A stretch of 64,000 nucleotides of DNA from Piromyces finnis finn (lineage: Eukaryota > Fungi > Neocallimastigomycota): the NCBI GenBank assembly GCA_002104945.1, contig MCFH01000098.1:1-64000 (forward strand), read 5' to 3'. Positions 9,389 through 18,623 of the stretch are shown piece by piece. Made by a program: the position numbers and the translations under genes. Each line of letters starts with the position of its first letter. Position 1 is the stretch's first letter. The notes beneath the pieces are model-generated. The model searched no databases. It was not told the origin of the DNA and worked only from the letters and a program-made list of their open reading frames with translations.

Positions 9389-12300
9389 ATGGAAGGACAA
9401 ATATTTGATAACGCCTCACTAAAAGACGGTTTCGCAGGAGACAGAAAATATCTCAAAGGTTTCTTAGCTAAAATAGAACTTGTTTTTCTCCTTTATCCCG
9501 AAAGATATCAAGATGAAGAGAGCAAGGTTATCTACCTGATTTCTCGCCTTTATGGAAATGCATTAAATTGGGCCGCTACGCTTATTGACAACCATGATCC
9601 ATGTCTGACCAACTACCAAGCATTCAAGGAAAGACTAAAGGCATTCTACGGGAACAATGATGCAGTCTACGTAGCCAATCAAATGCTACGTACTCTCAAG
9701 CAACATCGTTTGGGCGGCATCAGAGGATACATCCTTGAATTTAACAAATACTCTGATGAATCTAACTGGAATGAAGAGGCTAAGATGGATGCTTTTATCG
9801 CTGGGCTCAACCAAGAAGTTGCAATGAAGATATTAGAGATGTTCCCAGGACCAAGAGATTTGTTTTCCCTCCAAACTATTGCAGCTAGAATAGACTCCAG
9901 ACTTGCTACCAGGGGATTATTTTTTGACAAAAATACTAAGGGACCAAGTTCTAATTCCAGCAATGGCTCCAGAAAGGCTTCCACAAATCTAAAAGAACAT
10001 CCCAAGAAGAAAAGATACTTTGGTCCGTTATCCAAGGAAGAAAAAGAAAGAAGAAGTAAGGAAAACTTATGTGTCTATTGTGGATCTCCAGGACACCAAC
10101 TGAAAGATTGTCATAAGAGAAGAAATAAAAACTCAGCATTCGAATCTTTAGTTTCTCTACAAAATAGTTCTACCAATTCCAAGAAAAATCAACAAGATAG
10201 GGTAACCTCAAATTTTAAATTATCGTTTGAACTAGACACAAAAATTCTTATAGACTCCGGTTCTACACTTAATCTAATAGATGTCGACTATTGCAACGAT
10301 CACAATATTCCCTACCACTATGAAGAAGATTTACCCAACGTATTCGGTATTGGTGGTAGCCAAAAACTGTTCGGAGTTACTCCACTTCTTAATCTTCGCT
10401 ACATGGATCACCTATGCCGTACTGTCTTTTACGTTACTGATCTACCTGTATATCCTTGTATTCTAGGTCTACGTTGGCTTAAGGAACATAATCCAAGTAT
10501 TGACTTTGAAAATAATAAATTATCCTTTGGTTCTTCATATTGCTTGGATCATTGTATGACTCTCCCTTCGAATGTTCCCGAATTCCATCAGGAAACTTCT
10601 GTTTTTTCTACTGATTGCAATAACTCTTCTTCCGTTTCTTTGCCTATTTTTATTGACAAACCTAAATCTTCTTTTTCAAATTCTAAGTTATCTCATTCTC
10701 GTAATCCCAAAGAAAATCGTTCTAAATCTGTCTTAATTAACAATGAATCTGTTAACGATCCTTTATCACAAGAGACTTGTACTGTCATGGCTTCTAATAT
10801 ATCTCTTTCTAAAGTTGATTCTTGTTCACCAAAAAACTCTTTTAAAGACTCAAATCCTACTACTAAACTTCCGAAGGAATTAGAATCATATATGGACGTC
10901 TTTAGCGAATCTTCTGCTGATCAATTACCACCTCATCGTCCTTATGATTGCCAAATAAACCTAATCGAAAATGCCAAGCTATTTTATGGACCAATCTACC
11001 CACTAACAGACGAAGAAACAAGAGTTTTGAAGGATTATATCGATGAAAACCTCAAAAAGGGTTTCATTAGGAAATCCAAATCTCCTGCTGGTGCGCCTGT
11101 ACTTTTCGTTCCTAAAAAGAATGGTGAACTCCGTCTTTGTCAAGATTATAGGGAACTCAACAAAATTACCATTAGAGATTCCTATCCTCTACCTCTGATT
11201 CAAGATATGCTAGAGCATCTTGGTAAAGCGAAAATCTTCTCAAAATTGGATTTACGATCAGCATATAATTTGGTCCGAATCAAAAAGGGTGATGAATATA
11301 AAACAGCTTTCACCTGCAAATTCGGCCACTTTGAATACCTGGTAATGCCATTCGGACTGAAAAACGCCCCGGCTGTTTTTCAGCATTTTATCAATGATGT
11401 TCTGGAAAATATTCTAGGGATTTTTGTTTATTCATATATTGACGATTTAATTATTTTTTCTGAAAACCATAAATCCCACATTAAGCACGTTATCGAAGTC
11501 CTGGATCGCTTAAGAAATGCTGGTCTTTATGCTAAGCTTGAAAAGTGTGAATTCTTTGTTTCCTCTATTGATTTCCTTGGTCATCGGATATCCTCTGAAG
11601 GTATACATATGGACCCCAATAAAGTTTCTGCTATTATTAATTGGCCAGTTCCGTCCAGTGTCAAGGAAGTTCAATCTTTTATTGGCCTAGCCAACTACTA
11701 TCGTCGGTTTATTCCTAATTTTGCCAAAGTTGCACAACCCCTTCACAGACTACTTCGTAAAAACGTTAAATTTGATTTTTCCTCTGAAGCTCTTGATGCA
11801 TTTAATACCATTAAATCATTAATTTCATCTGCTCCCATCCTGTCTCACCCAAATCGTGATCTTCCCTTTATTGTTGAAACCGACTCTAGCAACTTTGCTA
11901 TAGGAGCAGTTCTGTCTCAAAAATCTCCTGATGATAAAATGATCCATCCTGTCGCTTTCTATTCAAGATCTCTTACTTCCGCTGAAAGAAACTATCCTAT
12001 ATACGATAAAGAACTTTTAGCTATTGTTAATGCTCTTGAAACTTGGCGACATTTTCTCAAAGGTGCTTTAACCCCGTTTACTATTTATTCAGATCATCGA
12101 AACTTACTATATCAAAAGAAACCGGAAAAAATGTCACAACGTCTCGTTCGTTGGGCCCTTTTCCTTTCCGAATTTAACTTTAAAATTCTCTACCGCTCTG
12201 GTTCATCAAATGGTAAACCTGATGCGCTTTCACGAAGACCTGATTATATAGATTCCTCTCTTCCTTCTGATGCTCCTTTTTCGGTTTTACGCCCTGAGAA

Positions 12301-13753
12301 TCTCTGCGCTTTGATTTGTTCCATTTCTTCTCTTAATGATGAAATATTATCTGAATATGTGAACGACTCTTTTTACATTGACATTTGCAATTTTCTTGAA
12401 AATAAGAATCTCCCAGCTCCACATCCACAAAGTAATAAATTCTCCCTTAGTAATAGTTTTCTTCTTTTTGATAGTAGAATCTATGTCCCTTTAAAATGCC
12501 GTCCCTCCGTTTTGAAACTCTGTCATGATTCCCCCTCTGCCGGTCATTTTGGTATCCGCAAAACTATTTCTTTGATCTCTCGTGACTTTTGGTGGCCATC
12601 CATTTCTATTGATGTTAAGAATTATATCCGATCTTGCGAGATTTGTTGCCGCTCCAAGCCTTCTCGTCATAAACCATATGGTTTACTTCAACCCCTTGAG
12701 ATTAGTGACCATCCTTGGGCTTCTATTTCTATGGATTTCATTACTGACCTCCCTCCTTCTGATGGATTTAACACTATTCTTGTTGTAGTTGACCGCCTTA
12801 CTAAAATGTGCCACCTCATTCCCTTTAAAGGTATTCCTTCTGCTTCTGATACTGCTTTTGCTTTTTTGAATTATATTTTCAAAATTCACGGTCTCCCCTC
12901 TGAAATTATTTCCGATAGAGGCGCGCAATTCACTTCGAAATTTTGGAAATCTATTTGTCAATCTTTGGACGTCAATGTTAAATATTCTTCACCATATCAT
13001 CATCAATCCAATGGCCAAACGGAGAGGGTAAACTCCGTTGTTGAACAATATTTAAGATGCTTTTCTAATTATAAAGGAACAAACTGGATCAACTTTCTTC
13101 CATTGGCAGAATTCAGTTACAATAATGCTGTTCAAGACTCAACAAAATTCTCACCATTCTTCCTAAATTATGGTTATCACCCAAAATACTCTCCGGTAAT
13201 TCCTGACCAAACGAATGTTCCAAGAGCTGAAGAGTTTACAAGAGACTTTGAAGACCTAATGGAGAAACTAAAAGAAAACTTAAAGAAGGCCATCCAAGTT
13301 CAAAAGAAATATGCCGACAAGTATAGACAAGAACCTCCGACATTCAAGACTGGTGACAAAGTATGGTTGGATAGCTCCTTGATAATTCATAAAGGAAATA
13401 AAAAATTTAATCCTAGGAAACTTGGCCCGTTTAGGATAATTAGTAAAATCTCTAATCTCACTTATAAATTAGAATTACCAAAATCGCTGAAGATTTACCC
13501 AATTGTTCATGTTTCAAACCTAGAACCGTATTATGAAGATAGTTTTGGAAGAATCAAAGATCCACCTCCACCTATAATAGTAAATGAAGAAGAAGAATAC
13601 GAAGTAGAAGAAATACTTGATAAAAGAAAGCATTATGGGAAGATTCAATATCTAATAAAATGGAAAGGTTATCCGCTTTCAGAAGCATCTTGGGAACCTG
13701 AAAGTAATTTAAACTGCGATGAACTAATTAAAAACTTTAATAATTCACATTAG
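9389..13753 (+). CDS. gag-pol: Gag-Pol polyprotein with canonical chromodomain
   Basis: CVYCGSPGHQLKDC knuckle, LIDSGS, YIDD, ETDSS, integrase core, YEVEEILDKR...YLIKWKGY...SWEP chromodomain. Confidence 0.97.
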   Translation: MEGQIFDNASLKDGFAGDRKYLKGFLAKIELVFLLYPERYQDEESKVIYLISRLYGNALNWAATLIDNHDPCLTNYQAFKERLKAFYGNNDAVYVANQMLRTLKQHRLGGIRGYILEFNKYSDESNWNEEAKMDAFIAGLNQEVAMKILEMFPGPRDLFSLQTIAARIDSRLATRGLFFDKNTKGPSSNSSNGSRKASTNLKEHPKKKRYFGPLSKEEKERRSKENLCVYCGSPGHQLKDCHKRRNKNSAFESLVSLQNSSTNSKKNQQDRVTSNFKLSFELDTKILIDSGSTLNLIDVDYCNDHNIPYHYEEDLPNVFGIGGSQKLFGVTPLLNLRYMDHLCRTVFYVTDLPVYPCILGLRWLKEHNPSIDFENNKLSFGSSYCLDHCMTLPSNVPEFHQETSVFSTDCNNSSSVSLPIFIDKPKSSFSNSKLSHSRNPKENRSKSVLINNESVNDPLSQETCTVMASNISLSKVDSCSPKNSFKDSNPTTKLPKELESYMDVFSESSADQLPPHRPYDCQINLIENAKLFYGPIYPLTDEETRVLKDYIDENLKKGFIRKSKSPAGAPVLFVPKKNGELRLCQDYRELNKITIRDSYPLPLIQDMLEHLGKAKIFSKLDLRSAYNLVRIKKGDEYKTAFTCKFGHFEYLVMPFGLKNAPAVFQHFINDVLENILGIFVYSYIDDLIIFSENHKSHIKHVIEVLDRLRNAGLYAKLEKCEFFVSSIDFLGHRISSEGIHMDPNKVSAIINWPVPSSVKEVQSFIGLANYYRRFIPNFAKVAQPLHRLLRKNVKFDFSSEALDAFNTIKSLISSAPILSHPNRDLPFIVETDSSNFAIGAVLSQKSPDDKMIHPVAFYSRSLTSAERNYPIYDKELLAIVNALETWRHFLKGALTPFTIYSDHRNLLYQKKPEKMSQRLVRWALFLSEFNFKILYRSGSSNGKPDALSRRPDYIDSSLPSDAPFSVLRPENLCALICSISSLNDEILSEYVNDSFYIDICNFLENKNLPAPHPQSNKFSLSNSFLLFDSRIYVPLKCRPSVLKLCHDSPSAGHFGIRKTISLISRDFWWPSISIDVKNYIRSCEICCRSKPSRHKPYGLLQPLEISDHPWASISMDFITDLPPSDGFNTILVVVDRLTKMCHLIPFKGIPSASDTAFAFLNYIFKIHGLPSEIISDRGAQFTSKFWKSICQSLDVNVKYSSPYHHQSNGQTERVNSVVEQYLRCFSNYKGTNWINFLPLAEFSYNNAVQDSTKFSPFFLNYGYHPKYSPVIPDQTNVPRAEEFTRDFEDLMEKLKENLKKAIQVQKKYADKYRQEPPTFKTGDKVWLDSSLIIHKGNKKFNPRKLGPFRIISKISNLTYKLELPKSLKIYPIVHVSNLEPYYEDSFGRIKDPPPPIIVNEEEEYEVEEILDKRKHYGKIQYLIKWKGYPLSEASWEPESNLNCDELIKNFNNSH

Positions 13754-13856
13754 TAATAGTTATTAATTTAAAAAAAAATTAGTAATTGATAAGAGAAAAA
13801 GAGAATAGAAAATAGAAAATAGAAAATGAAAAAATATATTTATAATTTAATATTCA

Positions 13857-13901
<45 letters not shown>

Positions 13902-14419
13902 TTCAAAATGTATTCACTCGTTTCAATTATTTCTTTTATAATAAAGTAACAAATAAATTTAGTTGATTCGTCTGGTATCCGAATCCTGGAGAAGGACCAT
14001 GTAACGAATCATAGAAATTAGTAACCTGTCTTAGTGGTTAGTAACTAAGACCTTGGTTTGAACTACTCGAGTTCGAAACCTCATTAATATCTTTTTTTTA
14101 ATTATTAAAATATTTTATAACGAAATTTTACCAAAGAAGATAATTTCTGATTGGCTTAAAAAATTAAGTTGTAAAATTTTTATAAATTTACTTTTAAAAA
14201 CATTTATATAAATACGAGTGAAATTTCTCAAAAAATTATTTGGAATTCGAGTTTTTATTAACAAAGAAATTTTATAATAAAAATAAAATTATTAAACACT
14301 AACCTGTTATAATTTTGTTAAGTGTTCAATAATAAAATTTTTATTTGCTTTTATTATTTTCCTTTTTATATATTTGTGTTTTTATTTATTGAACATTAGT
14401 TCTTTACAGTAATAATATT

Positions 14420-14978
14420 GTCGTTCCAGTTTCTATCCTGGTTATTAAGGTGTTTCCTTAGCATACATAAGGCTTCTGGTTCGACCCCGCAGATGTCAGT
14501 TCTCGTGGATTTTCCCACTGGGTTTGCCACGGGTTGGGTTATGATATTCAGGTAAGTATTAATGCACTTTCTAATTTACTACTATGATATTAACACTCGT
14601 CTAGCCGGCCTGAGAGGGTCAAGTATACATACTACATTTCAAATTAGAATTTACGAAGTGGTGACTTAGGCTATGCCAAAAACACAAGCAACATTCCTTA
14701 ATCAATTTAAGTGTAAACATTAGGGGGCGGTTGATGCGTGATCAAATTGGCTACATGAGGCTTAGCAATGGTAGTTGGGAAATATCGTACAACGACATGT
14801 ATCTAATGTACATGGATTAAGTGAGCGTCGAAGCTGAAGATACAGTATGACAGACCAGGAGGGTCACAACCACCTAGCAATAGGAATGAGCCAACGTTTC
14901 TCTAATAACCACCATTGGAGCTAACTCCGATCGATGGGAGAAATGCACTTGGAAGTTAAAAAAAAAAAAAAAAAAAAA
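14420..14978 (+). mobile_element. Poly(A)-tailed non-LTR retroposed insert H (candidate SINE or 5'-truncated LINE)
   Basis: A21 tail at 14958-14978; TSD (a)tgtaataatatt at 14979-14990 and, on the left, split by B1 (8272-8277 plus 14414-14419); GGTTCGACCCC B-box at 14478-14488; higher GC than the flanks. Confidence 0.7.
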
Positions 14979-15976
14979 TGTAATAATATTAATTGTATTG
15001 ATGAAAATTTAAATAAAGATAATAATTCGGTCACTGGACCAAAACAATACTCATTTTCTAAAAACGTGTTTAATAATAATAATTCTTGTGTATTAAATTC
15101 AGATAGTAACTATAATGATTTATCTTGTAATATTATTAATAAATGTAAAATTGAAAGTGATAATTTGAATAAAGATAAAAAAATCTATTGAAATTCCAAA
15201 ACAATATTTATTATTTAAAGAGGTTTTTAATTAAAAGAATTGTAATATTTTACCTCCACATCGTGAATACGATTGTTAAATCCGATTAAAGGATAATTCT
15301 AACTTGTTTTATGGTCCTCTTTATCCTTTAACAGAGGCAGAGAGAGATGAATTAAAAAGTTATATCAATGAAAATTTAGAAAAAGGTTTCATTAGGAAAT
15401 CTTCATCTCCTGCCGGTGCACCGGTTTTATTTGTCAAAAAGAAAGATGGATCATTAAGACTTTGCGTTGATTATAGGAAACTTAATGACATGACAATTAG
15501 AAATTCATATTCTCTTCCATTAATTGGTGACTTATTGGATAGAGTGAAAGGTGCAAAATACTTTACTAAGTTGGACTTAAAGTCTGCTTATAATTTAGTT
15601 AGAATCAAAGAGGGTGATGAATACAAAACTGCCTTTAGAACAAGATATGGGCATTTTGAATATCTCGTCATGCCTTTTGGTTTAAAGAATGCACCAGCTA
15701 CGTTTCAACATTTCATAAATGATGTCCTTAGTGATTACTTAGATGATTTTGCTATATCATATATTGATGATATTCTAATATATTCAAATAGCCTAGAAGA
15801 ACATCATGAACATGTTAAAAAAGTATTGAAAAAATTATTAGAAAATAATTTATATGTTAAGTTAGAGAAGTGTGAGTTTGATGTTTCAGAAACCATTTTC
15901 CTTGGTTATGTATTATCCAAAGATAGTTTGAAAATGGATAGAGATAAAGTTAAAGCTATCCTCGACTGGCCTGTTC
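14979..15976 (+). pseudogene. pol: Degenerate A-related Gypsy pol fragment (PR-RT spacer and RT), truncated by solo LTR Y1
   Basis: ORF 15304-15981 is very similar to A1 RT (FYGPLYPL...YIDD...ILDWPV); frameshifted LPPHREYDC upstream; 15 further bases probably at 8263-8277. Confidence 0.9.
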
Positions 15977-17022
15977 TGTAAAAGTTTTACTTAAAATATT
16001 AAATTAAATAAAAGGTTAAAAGATAACTAGGTTAGAAAAAAAATGTTTTATTAAAATAATCTTAATTGATTTATATAAATGAATAATTAAATTATATATT
16101 ATGGTTAAAATAATTTCTTTTATTTTATTTAAATAGTATATTGCTAAAATATATAATAAGATTATTTAGTAGTAATACTCATTAAGTATTAATTATTATT
16201 AATAGTTAATAATTTATAGTTAATAATCTTTACAAAGATTTTAATTTCATAAACTATTCTAAACTATTTATACTATTTGAAATTTTACATTTAATAATAA
16301 AATAACTTTTCAATACATGATTATATTCATAATATATTTTATAATACTTAAACTAAACTTAAGACTTATTCCTAATTATTAAAAAATAACTATTGTTTAT
16401 AATATTCATAATATTAATTATTTCTTAATTATAATATAATTCATTGAATATAATATTAATAATTATAATCTTCTAGTTCAAAGATTATAAATTATGTTAT
16501 TGAAATAATTATTATAAAATAAAGTTAATTAGTTCCGGAAAATAATTTTAATTTAATTAAACAATAATTTTTATACTTTGAGTGAATGATTTATGTTTGA
16601 TACATCAGGGGTGATCATTCTCTGAATAAACAATTAATCATTGCTAACAAAATATCTTTAATTGGAATATCTCGTGAACCAGCAGAGATATTGACCTGAT
16701 TTTAAAATATGTTGTTTGTCTTGAGCGTGGCTTTCTAACGAACGTAATTTCGACCAAAACATTTTTATTCAAAAATCGTCATTCGTTGAAGAGATACGCG
16801 TGTTTTTCCTTATTCCATTTTAACGATAAGGGTTAAAATTATTTATTATAAAATTTATTAAGGGTTAAGGTCATATTTTAACCTTTTCTAAATTTTTAAA
16901 TATTTCTTAATAAAATTTTATAATTTATTTGAAAATAAAATATTTGTTGATTTTGAAATTTCATAAGTGATTTCACAATTCCAAGTGATCTTGAAATTGT
17001 AATTTCACTAGTATTCGTGACA
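15977..17022 (-). repeat. Solo LTR, Y family (LTR family of element G)
   Basis: TGTAAAAG...GTGACA on +, similar to 22769-23890 and to the reverse complement of 49343-50360; flanks (tgttc / tacca) do not match. Confidence 0.9.
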
Positions 17023-17028
17023 TACCAT

Positions 17029-18320
17029 TGTAAAGTGGGCTTGGGTTGATATGTAAATTGGTCAGAATGTTTTATATAATATAACTTAAAATTTACTAAT
17101 AAAATATTAAATTTGTTTATTATTAAACTTTTTTCTATAAAACTTATTGAAGAATAATATCAATTAAAAAATTAAATGGATTTTTATATTTAAAATAAAA
17201 ATTCTAATATAATTTAATTATGAAGTTTATTTATTAATTATTTATTTATGAAAATGATATTTATTAAGTTATATTATAGATTATATTTAATAATTAAAAT
17301 AATCTTACAAAGAATTTCAAAAATGATTTCAATTCTTTGTTTAAATACTTTTTCTTACAATTAATAAAATTACATTGATATCAATATTAATAATAAAGAT
17401 AAAGATAAAATAATTTTAAATTAAAATATTAATAATTGATAATGTTATTAATAATATGAATTCATATGATAGATCCTAAGATTAATCTTTTAAATTAATT
17501 TTAAATAAAAAGTATTATTTTAACCATACTAAATTGTAAATATTTAATATTATAAATTGAAAATAACAATTGCTGATACTAATTATATATTCTCATGATG
17601 AATTAATTAATAATTATAACTAATGATTTTTGATCAAAAGGGTTTTCTGGGTTGTTTATGATTGAGGTTATTGATCAAAAATTATTTGAAAAATTATTAA
17701 TTTTTATAATTGATTAGGTTTGAAATCAAGAATATTTATTATCTAACCTTATTTAATAATAATGGAGAATTCTATAAATTGAATTATTTATAGAAAATTG
17801 GATGACTTGAATAATGACTTTAATTATATAAATTAATATTGATCATTTTAATATATATTATTATATATTAATTGAAACTAATTAAATCTTTAAATAACTA
17901 TATCTCAAGAACTAGTGGTCTAAATTAGCTGAAAATTTGTGAGAATATAGATCTCAACCAGTACTTTCTAACAAAGTTAGTTTGACATCCCTAGAAAATG
18001 AAAATAGGATGTGAGATTCAGAAGTTATCACTGATTTCGTATGATGTATTTTTTACTCAAGGGTTAATTTATTGAAATTTAAATTTTTGTGATACTTAAC
18101 CCTTTCTAATATTAAATTCTTCAAAGTGATCTTTTAATTATTTTTAAAAGTATTTTATAAATTTTAAAATATAAATTTGATTTTTAAATTGTTTATTTGA
18201 ATGTTTAATTTATTTATTTATCGTCTTCTATTCTTGACAATTATTCATAAAATATTTAAAATATTATATTCTTCTATGCATCTTGTATCAACACTGCTAC
18301 GGTTCAAATAAGATATCACA
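17029..18320 (-). repeat. Solo LTR X', diverged relative of X family
   Basis: Start tgtaaagtgggcttggg...ggtcagaatg resembles the X end tgttaagtttttggg...ggtcagaatg; putative other end gatatcaca at 18320. No TSD. Confidence 0.55.
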
Positions 18321-18623
18321 ATACACTTTGATAGTTATAAAAATAAAAATTTATTTAATTTAATTTTTATTTATTTAATTTATTTTTCGTTTTTCAAATT
18401 TTTAATTTTTCTTCAAAATCTTCGTACTTTTTCCAACTATCCATCATTTGAAAATAAATGATTTTGGATAGTTAGAATTTTAAATTAATTCCATTCATAA
18501 TATATGGATCATTCATTGCAAAATATATTAATTAAATCATTAACATATATTATAAATAATCTCTTAATATTTGAATAGAAAAATTTTTAATTTATAATTA
18601 ATAAAATTTTAATTTATGATATG

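Larger units (their letters stand above)
8278..14408 (+). mobile_element. Ty3/Gypsy chromovirus B1, full length
   Basis: 409-bp LTRs at 8278-8686 and 14000-14408 (TGTAACG...TTTACA, identical by eye); TSD GTAAT at 8273-8277 and 14409-14413; PPT ggagaaggacca at 13988-13999. Confidence 0.97.

Noticed and set aside
13866-13896. Long A-tracts in B 3' UTRs and A/T tracts in A and D leaders as retroposon tails
   Set aside because: Internal to the elements, present at the same place in B1 and B2, and not flanked by TSDs.
14420-14500. tRNA gene
   Set aside because: B-box and two hairpins are present, but there is no acceptor stem, wrong arm spacing and no U33; kept only as a possible SINE head.
14602-14619. 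tagccggcctgagagggt resembles a bacterial 16S rRNA motif
   Set aside because: Only about 18 nt from memory, and no flanking rRNA similarity.
14419-14797. TGTCGTT...AACGACA as a possible 379-bp LTR
   Set aside because: No 5-bp TSD; the first T belongs to the longer TSD of the poly(A) insert, which explains the region better.
18321-18623. Segment with ttttccaactatcc hairpin resembling the D primer region
   Set aside because: Probably another LTR fragment, but no boundaries could be defined.
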